Under the pieces are notes generated by a model. That model worked only from the letters and a program-made list of their open reading frames with translations, ran no database searches and had not been told where the DNA came from. DNA of 63,711 nt, filler included, from Lenisia limosa (Eukaryota > Protista > Breviatea): NCBI GenBank assembly GCA_001655205.1. It is 13 parts of 13 records of this genome, joined end to end, with 100 filler letters (N's around TTAATTAATTAA, not from the genome) between each part and the next. Parts side by side here need not be neighbours in the genome. Positions count along the whole stretch, not along the records: positions 43,914 to 51,326 come from LPNZ01005067.1; positions 51,427 to 55,102 come from LPNZ01009867.1; positions 55,203 to 59,613 come from LPNZ01000881.1; positions 59,714 to 62,417 come from LPNZ01006680.1; 9 more parts are not named here. The stretch is one strand, 5' to 3'. Each line of letters opens with the position of its first letter. Within the stretch, counting starts at the first letter, position 1. The position numbers and the translations under genes are program-made. Below are positions 47,880 through 59,727 of the stretch, piece by piece.

Positions 47880-48650
47880 TGAAATCTGGACATTATCGTA
47901 CCAGGTGATACAGCGAGCGTGATTAAAACTACGAACAAGCCAAAAACAAAGACTTAACAATTGAACAAATTGGTCTTTTGATCAGTATCGAACCAGGTTG
48001 CGGTCACCCAGTTTCCTTTACGTCAAACTATTTTTGAAACTTCTCGTTCAGAATAAAATTTTTGTGCAGAGTGAAGTGTCTCACTACGGAAAAGCAGATT
48101 GTGTTGTTGCGAGTCAAAGTTGGTAAATAAGAGATGGCAATAGTGCTCAAGTATTAAGCTCAAATAGCAATATCATAGCAAAGTCAATCGCATGAAAACT
48201 TCTCGCAGCCTACCATTTTCTTGATGGTGGGGTGAGTATTGATAAAGCCCAATGCTCATGTTCTTGAAAATGAAACCTTTTGAGCTTGATGGCTGTAACC
48301 ATCCTCAGCAGCCTAACATTTAATAGTCTTTTTTTGTTTGGTGATGTCATGTAATTTTGGTTTTTCCACATATACAATAGTCGTTAATTTTGATATAAAT
48401 CACAGCAACATCCCCCGAACAATCGCAACATACCATATATTGGACATCTTTGATCGTAGGTGGAGTTCTATTCAAGATAGCATTATATATTCTTGACAGA
48501 AGGTTTGGTTCAAGGTCTGTATTGAACTTAAGGCGTCTTCCCCCCTTTTCAGATTGAGGGGAACCTCCATTCTTGTACTTAAGTACAAGAGTGGGTTTCA
48601 TCTGGAAATAAATGAATCTTGACTGTATAACATTGTAATATTTAGTCATA
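47880..48650 (-). pseudogene. Decayed pogo/Fot1-like transposase, N-terminal HTH (Tc5/CENP-B) region
   Basis: KGGRRLKFNTDLEPNLLSRIYNAILNRTPPTIKDVQYM..QKVSFSRT*ALGFINTHPTIKK resembles the HTH_Tnp_Tc5 region; in-frame stop. Confidence 0.55.
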
Positions 48651-49701
48651 CTAATAGGTCAGTGTTAAATACTTCATAGAAAGTCTTTCCATCAATCCTT
48701 CATGAAGTCAGCAGCTGATCGGTCGGTGATGGTTTGTTTCATCGAATCAGCAAAGTTAAACACAGATGTATTCTTTTCACGAACATTGTAGAAAGTGACG
48801 CAGTTCGGTAGTGAGCTAGTTCATCTAAACTATTAGGAAGAGCAGAATAAAATAATCTAATGTGTTACTATAAAGCATCTACTTCACTGAAATATGAAAA
48901 GCACATGCAGAATGGAAACAACGTTAAACAGTCTTTTACCTGATGATAACCAGTTGAGTTAATACAATCATGTATTTTACTTAAATAATAAGGATTGGAA
49001 GAGGAAAGGTGTAGTTAGTGAGGCAGGAGATGAGAGGGGAAATTACGGTTTTTAGTGATCACCCTCAAAAAAAACTTGCTCATCTTACGTTGTTTTCGCT
49101 TCGCTTTTGACCGTAGTTATGCTAAATACAACAAATGATTCCTCAAACTATTCATTGGGGGAAAGGAAGAAAAAATGAAACAAATAAATTTTATGGATTT
49201 GTGCCCAATTTTTTTTTTTTTTTTTTTTTTTTTNNNNNNNNNNNNNNNNNNNNNNNNNNNNNNNNNNNTACATTCAAACCTTCTTTATATCTATTAAATG
49301 CCCTCTTGAAACCGATTGAAAGTTGCAAGGAAGCAGAAACACAGACAAACCCAGGTAAAATATTGGGAATATGCGGAGAAAAAGAAGAAAAACACCCTAT
49401 TTTCATGTTTTTTTTAAAAATCCTCCACGCTAGGAATCGAACCAACAACCTTTTCAAAAGATAGTGTAATTTTTGCTGAAATAAGGTTAAACATATATAA
49501 AAAATTAAATTGGCGAGGTTGGTTTGGGGTGAAATTGAAGTTATTATATTTTTAATATTTATCAATTGTAACAAGAATCAAAGACACAATTTAGACAACA
49601 GCAGTTCCTTAAAGCCTCAAAAGTAATATTTTTCAAAAATCACAGATATCGGAACAATTACAGATATGTGGACGGTGTGATATCTAGGTGTCATCTATTT
49701 T

Positions 49702-51326
49702 ATATAGGTCACTTAACACAACCGCGAACACTCACATAACCGCGAACGCTTTTTTATTTATTTGATTTTTTGGCTGTTTTCATTGATTTTTTACTAAAAA
49801 ACATTTGCAAAAACTGCAAATTTATTCCCAAAACCCTTGTCAAAATAATTTGAAATGTATTTTTACATAACAGAAAAGGTCTTGTATCTGTAAAAGCAAT
49901 TTTAAATACTTTTCAACCATTGATTCTGTGGTAAGTCAGTCAAAATACAAGAATCGTCACATACCGTCTTTACTTACTCTTCCTTTTATTTGCTTTAACC
50001 TTTTTTAATTTTTACTTCAGTTGCGCCTTCCTGGCAAGTTCTAAACTGAAGTAATAATGGAATAGACATACGCTTCTTTTGAGTTACTTCAGCCTTCTTC
50101 TCTTTCAATAATATTTCCGACCAGTGTTCCACAGGTTTTGGAGCAATACGTGGAGTCTTCTTGTAGACAAACGCTAGGTTGGGGTCGACTCCAATCAATT
50201 TGTTGTCCTTCCAAGGAAGATCTTTCCTCTATGTTTCCGATGACATTAGAGTTTTCAAAATCTATAAAGTTACTCAATACAAAGAAGAATAGTCAAACCG
50301 TCGATATTTTCTTCTTCATCCATATCTACATACTCCGCGTCTTGTTCATCTCCTTCGAATTCTTCCACCTCTTCTTCTGCTTCAACTTTCATGTTGCAGA
50401 ATCCATCATTTCCACATCTATCTCCGCAACTAATACCATACCGGATACACTTGCAGAACATCGTCTTGCATCCGGATTTACAGTTGCACTTCACCATGAG
50501 ATAATCCTCTCTCTTTTGATTGTATGATGCATGCTGGTTTAGCATTAGGACATCTTCCACTGCGGTCAAGGGTATATCTTTCGTTGGTACTATACATTTG
50601 TCTATGTGCTTTCCGGTGGTTCAATAGGCTTCTCAAACCTTTTCAGAATTGTCAAGATGTGCAGCCAACTTTGATGGATCGAAAACAAGACGGTCACCAT
50701 CCAAACATATACCTCCACGTGAAAAAGCTAATTTAATTTTGCTTTTAGATGTTGCAGTGTGCAGTCCTTCCAGGCATGCTTTCAAGGCACAGCACCTTGC
50801 AACAGCAGCATTTGAAATATCAGGAGGGGGAAGCTTCTTCAAAAAGACAGTATTGTTTTGGGTCAGAGCCTTTTTCAATATTCCAAATATGACTCAGTCC
50901 AATGGCTGGGAAGACTGCGTGTGAGATGGGAGCAAATACAAATCAATGATGTGCAGTCTAAGAAGCTCAAGAATAATATCTACGTATCTGGAGAGGTGGC
51001 CATCACTTAACAGGGCCGCACGAGCAGTTTTTGGTAGCCCAAGTTTCTTTCGGTCATTCTCAACTGGAATGAAGCTACTCAATCCATGATTCACAAGTCT
51101 GTTTCGTCAAAAATATAGATGCTTACTTGCCATCCATTTGCAGATTCTATCATTTTGACCCTATACTCTTCCAAAAGAGCAGTCTCAACACTGACGGTTT
51201 TCTGACCAGAGAGGAAAACGGGCTACGGTTTTAAGATTGGTGCTAAATTGTGAGTGATGGCTGTCAACCCAATGGTTGCAATAAGAGTGATATGACTCAC
51301 TTGGCCCCCGCCTTTTGTAGTTCTGT
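49702..51326 (-). mobile_element. Decayed pogo-type (DDE_1) DNA transposon with C-terminal CXC cysteine cluster and terminal repeat
   Basis: HITLIATIG..PVFLSGQK..ESANGWQ; AALLSDGHLSRY..IDLYLLPSHTQSSQPLD*VIFGILKKAL; VKCNCKSGCKTMFCKCIRYGISCGDRCGNDGFCNM; stops and frameshifts; terminus TATAGGTCACTTAACACAACCGCGAAC at ~49702. Confidence 0.85.
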
Positions 51327-51426
51327 NNNNNNNNNNNNNNNNNNNNNNNNNNNNNNNNNNNNNNNNNNNNTTAATTAATTAANNNNNNNNNNNNNNNNNN
51401 NNNNNNNNNNNNNNNNNNNNNNNNNN
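51327..51426. other. Artificial contig linker
   Basis: 44N-TTAATTAATTAA-44N. Confidence 0.97.
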
Positions 51427-51439
51427 TACACTCTATTAC

Positions 51440-51535
51440 TAGGGCTTCACTTCAGTTCGAAAAAGACCGGTAATATATCGGTAGTTTTCGAGGATATCGA
51501 GAAATTCAGTCTTTTTCCGAACCGAAGTGAAACCA
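51440..51535. mobile_element. hAT-like MITE
   Basis: TAGGGCTTCACTTCAG..CCGAAGTGAAACC. Confidence 0.8.
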
Positions 51536-54500
51536 TGGAACCATATATTGGTCTTCTTTTCACCGACACGCACACATCCCTCTATCCCGGCCACTGTATA
51601 CACTATGTATTTTGGGATACAACCTTATTTTTTATTTCTCATTGCTATTTCATCACACTCTCCAAAGCCGCCTACTACGCCTCCATCACGGTGGGCTTCA
51701 ACTTCATCCAAATTGTCGGTCTTTTTGGCGACTTCGATTTGGAGTGGCCTGATGAGGTGAGGAGAGGAGAGTATGTTAGGGCTTCACTTCGGTTTGAAAA
51801 AGACCGGTAAAATATCGATAGTTTTCGAGGATTTATNNNNNNNNNNNNNNNNNNNNNNNNNNNNNNNNNNNNNNNNNNNNNNNNNNNNNNNNNNNNNNNN
51901 NNNNNNNNNNNNNNNNNNNNNNNNNNNNNNNNNNNNNNNNNNNNNNNNNNNNNNNNNNNNNNNNNNNNNNNNNNNNNNNNNNNNNNNNNNNNNNNNNNNN
52001 NNNNNNNNNNNNNNTTGTGGTGTTTTTACCCTTGCTTACTAGTCCAGGTTAGCTTCACGTTCAAACTGTCTCAGATCTTCAATCTCAACTGGGAGTTCAT
52101 TAAGGTGGGCAAGGGGCTCAACCCAATACCCCCACTTACTCACAACCAAATATCCCGACTCACAACGCAGGCTGAATGTACCGTCGGTAACATGTCGTTC
52201 GAGAACCGCATGTGGATGAAGCTGTCGCTGCCCCTCATCTTCTTCACCATTCTGCTCCTGATCTNNNNNNNNNNNNNNNNNNNNNNNNNNNNNNNNNNNN
52301 NNNNNNNNNNNNNNNNNNNNNNNNATGCTCTTTGCCAAACTTTTCTGCTCAGGGCGTCACGTTGACCCCGGGAGCTACATTCTACAGATGTTCCGCCGGT
52401 CCTTTAACGCCTATTTCACGCTACTTGGCATCTCGTACCTGACTCTGGCTGACACCCTCGTTTCCTTCTTCGAATGCAAGGTCGGTCTTATTTACTATAT
52501 TTTAACCTTATATAACCCATATACGCGAGTGAAAGTTAAATGATCATATGACAGACGTTCGAATCGAAATGTCTCAAACAGAAGGGATTTCTCGATAAAT
52601 ATCACTCTATTCACGAACCCCTATATCGAACAAATACGGCCTTTGATTGGGCAATAAATTATTATTTAAAGAGATAACAACATAACCACACACTGGAACG
52701 CTTTTTTTACCCACTCCTTAGTCTGTGGATGGTGAGGACCGTTTCATGCCCGACGAAGCAGTCCACGTTTGCTACGACGACTGGTGGTACGACCTTTTGC
52801 CCACCATTATCACTTTCCTCGTCATATATGGTGTTGGAATCCCGCTGATGTTTATGATTTTGCTGCTTATGTATGAGGGTAATTGGTTGAATTAAAGCTC
52901 TTAAACTGTTAATTGTTGCGCCAAATTCCCTTTTTGCCTTCTTCTTCTTCTTCTTCTTCTTCTTCTTCTTCTTCTTCTTCTTCTTCTTCTTCTTCTNNNN
53001 NNNNNNNNNNNNNNNNNNNNNNNNNNNNNNNNNNNNNNNNNNNNNNNNNNNNNNNNNNNNNNNNNNNNNNNNNNNNNNNNNNNNNNNNNNNNNNNNNNNN
53101 NNNNNNNNNNNNNNNNNNNNNNNNNNNNNNNNNNNNNNNNNNNNNNNNNNNNNNNNNNNNNNNNNNNNNNNNNNNNNNNNNNNNNNNNNNNNNNNNNNNN
53201 NNNNNNNNNNNNNNNNNNNNNNNNNNNNNNNNNNNNNNNNNNNNNNNNNNNNNNNNNNNNNNNNNNNNNNNNNNNNNNNNNNNNNNNNNNNNNNNNNNNA
53301 ACTCGGAATAAGCCAGGACCTCCAACTGACTCTTCAGCTTATGATTCTGTTCTCTAAGGTGTTCTTCATCAACAAAACATGGCTTCAAGTCTCGGGTGCA
53401 TTACTCGCTATTGTGGGGGGTCTTGTGGTCATACGAACACTATATACAGTGACAGGGATAAGCCTTGACCGATTTTCCTTGGGAAATCATAGCAAATCGG
53501 TTAAGACTTATCCCGGTCACTGTATGTCTTTTAGATAGAGTAACCATAAATCAATATTTTCACATCATCGTTTTTTGTTTTTGTTTCATAAATTTAGCTT
53601 TACACCCCCAGGTTCTTGCCTACCTCCCTAAACCTACAAATGATATGTATAATATATCATTTAATATTATATGTACAGTGTATACATATCTTGTCGACAA
53701 CAAGAAAACAATAGATAGGGGGGGGGGGGNNNNNNNNNNNNNNNNNNNNNNNNNNNNNNNNNNNNNNNNNNNNNNNNNNNNNNNNNNNNNNNNNNNNNNN
53801 NNNNNNNNNNNNNNNNNNNNNNNNNNNNNNNNNNNNNNNNNNNNNNNNNNNNNNNNNNNNNNNNNNNNNNNNNNNNNNNNNNNNNNNNNNNNNNNNNNNN
53901 NAACGCATCAACGGCCTAGAGAACTTCTGTCTTGTGGGAGGGCACTATACATACATTGAATATCGAGAGAGAAGAGTCAGCTTTCTGATCAAATAATGAT
54001 ATTCCATCCCAACCACTCTCATAATAGCGGACTGAAATGTAGTTCTGTCATTCCAAAACAATGTCCTGGCTTTCTATCTATTTTTTATTTTGTCCCTCCT
54101 ATCCCCAAAAATTGCTAATCTGACAGGGGTCCTCTGTGTTTGTCCTCTCCTTCGGCTTCCTGCTATGGCGGGTTGGCGACTCGCTGTTTTGGGCCTTCTT
54201 TGCCCTCGCCATCATCATCTGCANNNNNNNNNNNNNNNNNNNNNNNNNNNNNNNNNNNNNNNNNNNNNNNNNNNNNNNNNNNNNNNNNNNNNNNNNNNNN
54301 NNNNNNNNNNNNNNNNNNNNNNNNNNNNNNNNNNNNNNNNNNNNNNNNNNNNNNNNNNNNNNNNNNNNNNNNNNNNNNNNNNNNNNNNNNNNNNNNNNNN
54401 NNNNNNNNNNNNNNNNNNNNNNNNNACCCCGATTTCACTGTTCCAGCTTGCTGTTCATTTTCATCTCCATCATCATCGAAATGAAGTACCGCGTTCGAGT

Positions 54501-54918
54501 ATTGCGCGGTGAGTAGGGCCAGGAGGCTTTCAGGGCGTCGTCATGTAAGTGGCCGAGCTTGGCCTGGGTAGGTGAGTGATGCGATGCGATGCTGCAGAAG
54601 CGACTGNNNNNNNNNNNNNNNNNNNNNNNNNNNNNNNNNNNNNNNNNNNNNNNNNNNNNNNNNNNNNNNNNNNNNNNNNNNNNNNNNNNNNNNNNNNNNN
54701 NNNNNNNNNNNNNNNNNNNNNNNNNNNNNNNNNNNNNNNNNNNNNNNNNNNNNNNNNNNNNNNNNNNNNNNNNTATTGTTTCCTATAATTTTCCCTTTTT
54801 GATGATTTGGACTTATTTGTTTCGTGAGTTTATTTTACTCCCCCCAGGCGAAGTTGAACAGAAGAACATTGAGGCTGAAGAAGCCTATACAATGGCCTTG
54901 ATATATTGGAGAATTAAG
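51536..54918 (+). CDS. Multi-pass (about 7 TM) membrane protein, TRP-like/protist receptor-type C-terminal module, partial
   Basis: ASITVGFNFIQIVGLFGDFDLEWP, SQIFNLNWEFIK, AECTVGNMSFENRMWMKLSLPLIFF, SYLTLADTLVSFFEC, VCYDDWWYDLL..VIYGVGIPL, RINGLENFCL, IIIEMKYRVRVLRGEVEQK. Confidence 0.7.
51777..51836. mobile_element. hAT-like MITE, cut by gap
   Basis: TAGGGCTTCACTTCGGTTTGAAAAAGACCGG. Confidence 0.8.
52939..52996. repeat. (TTC)n microsatellite running into a gap
   Basis: Direct reading. Confidence 0.95.
53447..53522. mobile_element. Tc1/mariner-like 76-bp MITE
   Basis: TA|CAGTGACAGGGATAAG..CTTATCCCGGTCACTG|TA. Confidence 0.88.
53551..53611 (+). mobile_element. Family A/B terminus ending at acceptor
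   Basis: TCAATATTTTCAC..GTTTCATAAATTTAGCTTTACACCCCCAG|GTTCTT. Confidence 0.7.
54574..54847 (+). mobile_element. Family A repeat (gapped) ending at acceptor
   Basis: GAGTGATGCG..TGCTGCAGAAGCGACTG gap ..TTATTTTACTCCCCCCAG|GCGAAG; 5' part matches the 9725-9896 copy. Confidence 0.8.
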
Positions 54919-55009
54919 GTGTGTGGGCTGATATACTGGGAAATGAAACACACTTACACAAATGTCTACAAACACTCCAGTGTCAGCATCATATCACTCC
55001 ATTGTTGTT

Positions 55010-55102
55010 GTGATCAACCCTTGTGTGCTGTCAGCAAACAGATTTGATTCGGGCCTTTTTTTGTTTCATAAATTTTCCAATTTCACTCCCCCCCCCCCCC
55101 TA
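55010..55102 (+). mobile_element. Family A repeat
   Basis: TGATCAACCCTTGTGTG..CAAACAGATTTGATTCGGGCC..GTTTCATAAATTTTCCAATTTCACTCCCCCCCCCCCCTA then linker. Confidence 0.85.
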
Positions 55103-55202
55103 NNNNNNNNNNNNNNNNNNNNNNNNNNNNNNNNNNNNNNNNNNNNTTAATTAATTAANNNNNNNNNNNNNNNNNNNNNNNNNNNNNNNNNNNNNNNNNN
55201 NN
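55103..55202. other. Artificial contig linker
   Basis: 44N-TTAATTAATTAA-44N. Confidence 0.97.
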
Positions 55203-55256
55203 TTAAAAAAGCGTTCGCGGTTATGTGAGTGTTCGCGGTTGTGTTAAGTGACCTAT
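55203..55256. mobile_element. Second copy, in reverse complement, of the putative pogo terminal repeat
   Basis: Exact reverse complement of ~49702-49753, with two AACCGCGAAC subrepeats, ending at TATA. Confidence 0.85.
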
Positions 55257-55521
55257 ATATATATCGATATAGTATATAATTATATATGATATAGTATATA
55301 TATGTATATGCTGTATAATAGTAATAATATCATATAGTTTATACTAGAGCTATATCCTATGCATATCAATATGTAGTATTGTATCATATGATATGTAATA
55401 TTTGTGAATATTAATATTATATATTTATTGGATATGACAAGAATTAATGGACATCTATAATGAATGTATACACACACATACCACGGATGATACTATATTT
55501 AAACCATAATTCAACCACTTA

Positions 55522-56170
55522 CCCTCGGCAGCTTTAAGTGATTCAGTTCTGAATCCCACAGCAGAAAACGCGTCTAACCTGGGTGAGGGGGGCGGGTTAA
55601 TGGGGATAGTAGGAAAATATGAATCGATGAGGGAGGAGAGACGGACCAAAAAAAAAACACAAAAAGGATAAGGGAAAGAAATAAAAAATGACAGTTACTG
55701 CTTTCTTTGTATTTAATTGATTTTAGTAAAGAAGGGCCTTTCTGACAGCAAAGTTCTCCCGATTATTCACTTCAAAGACTCCGAAGACGACACTAACGCA
55801 CTCGCCTTCTTTCACGCTATTGTGAGCTAATGATAAAGATATTCGTGAGCACAAATTATTAATATGTTGGAGTTGTGTTTGCGATGGAGATATACTTGAA
55901 GCCAGTAAAGGCCGCATGTGTCAAAATCTTTGAGTCGACCAGATAGGACTGCTTCAAAAAGCAATTCCATGAGTTGTCCAGTGGAGTCTTGCTCACCGCA
56001 CCTTAGGCCCTCACGCCAAGCTCATCGCCATCAAATACTACCCGTACTGGAGTCCAAGTTCAGTTCATTTTTTTATTGAGTGGTTCAAAAGTGACATTTC
56101 AGACGAGCTGGGGCACAGTACTGCCTGATACCGCCGTATGAGAATGTCCTTTCACAAAGTTCTCACGAAA
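55522..56170 (-). CDS. Hypothetical protein exons, partial
   Basis: CGEQDSTGQLMELLFEAVLSGRLKDFDTCGLYWLQ|GTATAT and LDAFSAVGFRTESLKAAE|GTAAGT with AG acceptors. Confidence 0.45.
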
Positions 56171-57472
56171 GTCCAGTTGCAGCTTATGATACAATTTATG
56201 AAAGATTAGGTCACTTCACATTTATTATGTACTAAGGTCTATTAAATGTATTGCTAGCTATCCCAATTGCTTGCCTTTTCCGTCGTATAACTGATTTAAT
56301 AGTTTTTTTTAAAAGAATGATGATTGTTATTGTTATAGTGCTTATAAAAGTCATAGAGACTTTGCTTATTTATAATTGATCATCTGCCCTACGTAAGCAA
56401 CAATAAATGATGCCAAGATGTTATTCATTTCCAAAAATTGTTTTTAGTTTGTTTGGGAAGTATTTGTTTCAAAAATAAACGTGTTGGAATTATGAATTCG
56501 TAAGTGGATTGGGCAAAACGCCCGAGAAAATACAACACAAAAACAAAAAAGGAAAAAACAATAAGCATTGATGGTAGAATTAATATACACTGAGAAAAGA
56601 ACACGAATCTAACCCAGGTTACTCCCTCCCCTATAGCCTCACCAGATTAGCAACTAAATCCCAACATTAGCGCTAATCTCTAGCACTTTAGCGATTAAGA
56701 TTTAGAAAGTAAATTTTCATAAAAATGACCTAGTGAATTACCTAAAATTCCTAAAAGTTAGTGTATATTTCATTTTTGTGTCATTTTTATATTTTATCAT
56801 GATTTTATCACGATTTTATCCATTTAAAATTGCAAAAATTTGAATGCTAATACTTTGCGATGAGCGAATAAAAACCCTCTTATTCGCTAATGTTNNNNNN
56901 NNNNNNNNNNNNNNNNNNNNNNNNNNNNNNNNNNNNNNNNNNNNNNNNNNNNNNNNNNNNNNNNNNNNNNTCTACACAAAATAACACCATTGTTCCGCCT
57001 TCCCACGTGATTAAATATCCTGTTGTTCTCATGGACTCGCATGGTGCCTCTATTTCAGCAGCTTCCTACAAGATCAGTGATGTTGTGGGGCAGGGTCATG
57101 TCGGTTACGTTGTATGGGCCATGTAAATGACCATTTTAGATTACCTCTATCATTATAAAGGCTAGAAGGAAGCTACGGCTGGCTCAGTGACGAACTTGCA
57201 GACGGTGGAGGCTTCTCAATTGAGCTTATCGAAGGATCTTACATTCACGATCTGATTATCTAATTAAGCGACCACTAGCACAGAGCAAAAAAGGCGGTTT
57301 TGAGCTGGTTGCGGGTTATGTTTCTGTGGTTCTTATACGGTCTTCTTGTTGCCCGCGCAACCGAGGCTTACTCTCGACCTCTTCTATTCTGTAATAAAGA
57401 TAAGAAGTCTGCGGAAGGAGAAAATTAGGCGTGGCTTAAACGAGGAATCACAAGCGATATAATTTCGCAAAG

Positions 57473-59429
57473 ATGTTCCGACCTTTTTGTGTTGTGCTTA
57501 CGCTGCTGCTAGCTCTTTCATCCTTTACCACAGGATTTAAGGTGAGCAAGTGGGCATAGTATAATCTTGTTCGTTTGGGTTCGCGATTCCTTTGGAACTA
57601 ACATTTTTTCCTATTGTGACTCATAAGCTAAAGCAGTTCAGCTTTATTGGGAGCGAATAAAACGCATATAATTTTTATTATCTCATAACACTAACATCAG
57701 ATGACGTTATTTAGCTTCTATTATCTTGTATTTTGTCAGATTACGCCTGATGTTAATAGGTTGAGCTCTCAACAGGCACCTTTGATACTCGCTGGGCGAA
57801 GGTATGTTGCTCTTTACACAAAACAGTTGGGGTAACCAGATGCTTTTAGTTGGGTAAGGCATTTCTCTAAATTGGGGATTTAGCTCAGAAAAGTCGTCGA
57901 ACTTTTTTGTTGAGAAAGTTTCACACCTTCAGCTGCCAAGAACAGATATTGGGCACCTATTTTGATTTAATAATTATTTTGAGAGATAGAATTATACAGT
58001 AACCGGGATAAGTCATGTCCGATTAGCTACGTGATTTCCCAAGGAGAATCACCCCGGTTACTGCATATATGACAATCTATTGACAAGTGAATGAATATTC
58101 AAATTATAACCAGATATGATGAGTGTAGTCCAACACTTCAAACACACAATTCTTTCTGTTCACACCTTCCAGAATGCGAGATCCGCGGCTGCGGAAGGAG
58201 TGTTTATTGTGAGGCACCAACATGGCCTTAATGAAGGTGAGCAATTGAATTTCAGCTGAGTATCAATGACTAAACGATATCTCCCCTTTTTGTTTCCTTA
58301 GGCGATTCACTTTTTGGCTTTCCTCCATTAGATATTTTTGTGGATATTTTGAAAAATCTGCTGTTTTTTTTGAATGTCAGCAAACTAGTGTTCTCTCTTG
58401 TTATTTGAGTTGTTACTACTTTTTTTAATTTACTATGGTTCTTAATGTCAGTTTTTCTGTCACTGTTGGAATTTTCAAATTTGAGAATTCAAATAAGTAT
58501 TGAACAGATTCTATTGAATATCAACTGATGCCCTAGTGTGTGGCTTCAAGCTCTCAGCAGTGACAAGGGGCGTCTCTAGTGTCTTCGTACCCCCAGGTTC
58601 TGCAAATATTATGGATTGTGAAGGTTGGTTAACATACCGCCATGGTAATCTGTTTTCTACCAGCACACAGTGAATTCATATTGCTCATATATATAAAACT
58701 AATAAATAGCCTTATTGATTGAATCAGTGTTATTTCAGTCTCTAGGTATCTTACACCATCGTATGGTGTATTCGGTTCTTTTGTATGTAACATGATTAGA
58801 TGTTACGGAGGCCTTTATTCTGCCATCTGAGCTGAAAGTACAGAGGAATATCGCTCCTGGTTTCCTTTTGGATGATGGTATGAAGGGGGAAGCTTTCCCG
58901 ATTTGAATGTTCTTTTTGGGCCTATTTTTATTTTTTGCTGCTTGACCAGATACAGTATATTTGTTGATGGCTTGGTATTTTCCTGACAAAGAAAGCTGTA
59001 TACTCTAAAAATATCGCATCACTAGGGCTTCCCTACGGTCCCAAAAAGACAGATTTCTCGATAAATTCTCGATAGATATCGATATTTTACCGGTCTTTTC
59101 TGATCGTAGGAAGTCGCAAATATCACACCCTGCAATTCTGAGTTTATCAGACAGATCTTACTGTGTGACTTTACATACAATCATGTGGTACCGAGAGACT
59201 GAAAAGAAGAGAAAAAAAACATAAGTTTTCTTTGGATTGAAGTAAGGGACACGGTTTACAAGAAATAGCAGAAAAATTTGAATCCAGTGTGTTGTCAGTG
59301 TTGGGGCCAGAGAAGCGGAAACAAATATACCTACCTGACATTCACAATCGTTAATGTCATGTTTCAGCGCCCAAGGGGCTTGAAGTTCGTGTCAATGACT
59401 TGGAGCATTACCCCGAGTTCATGAGAGAG
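57473..59429 (+). CDS. Secreted hypothetical protein, 3' truncated
   Basis: ATG 57473, signal-peptide-like MFRPFCVVLTLLLALSSFTTGFK|GTGAGC; exons VELSTGTFDTRWAK, NARSAAAEGVFIVRHQHGLNE, PKGLEVRVNDLEHYPEFMRE. Confidence 0.55.
57997..58063. mobile_element. Tc1/mariner-like MITE
   Basis: TA|CAGTAACCGGG..CCCGGTTACTG. Confidence 0.75.
59023..59118. mobile_element. hAT-like MITE (CCCTACGG subfamily)
   Basis: TAGGGCTTCCCTACGGTCC..GATCGTAGGAAG. Confidence 0.78.
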
Positions 59430-59450
59430 GTGGGAACTGTAGTATATATT

Positions 59451-59590
59451 TAAGGCTCTGTGCAATTAATGTAAAAATACTATTGCCAAATTTGAAGTGC
59501 GACGCATTGTAATGTAAGCTCAATTTGAGACACTTTAATTTCAAATTTTGTCAATGGATTTCTTCAAAACATTAATTACACAGAGCCCTG
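59451..59590. mobile_element. TAGGGCTCCGTGCAATT MITE subfamily
   Basis: TAAGGCTCTGTGCAATTAAT..ATTAATTACACAGAGCCCTG. Confidence 0.78.
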
Positions 59591-59613
59591 ATATTATCTA
59601 CAATTTCTCTTCT

Positions 59614-59713
59614 NNNNNNNNNNNNNNNNNNNNNNNNNNNNNNNNNNNNNNNNNNNNTTAATTAATTAANNNNNNNNNNNNNNNNNNNNNNNNNNNNNNN
59701 NNNNNNNNNNNNN
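59614..59713. other. Artificial contig linker
   Basis: 44N-TTAATTAATTAA-44N. Confidence 0.97.
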
Positions 59714-59727
59714 TGCTCTTTTGGCAG

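Noticed and set aside
47880-51326. Stop-codon reassignment (TGA at an expected Trp in SRT*ALGF; QPLD*VIF)
   Set aside because: Seen only in transposon relics that also carry frameshifts. Host genes use TGG for Trp, have no in-frame stops in conserved exons, and end in TAG (FKBP) or TAA (PRODH).
56990-57400. Gene upstream of the secreted protein
   Set aside because: GC-enriched patches exist, but neither strand gave a consistent exon model.
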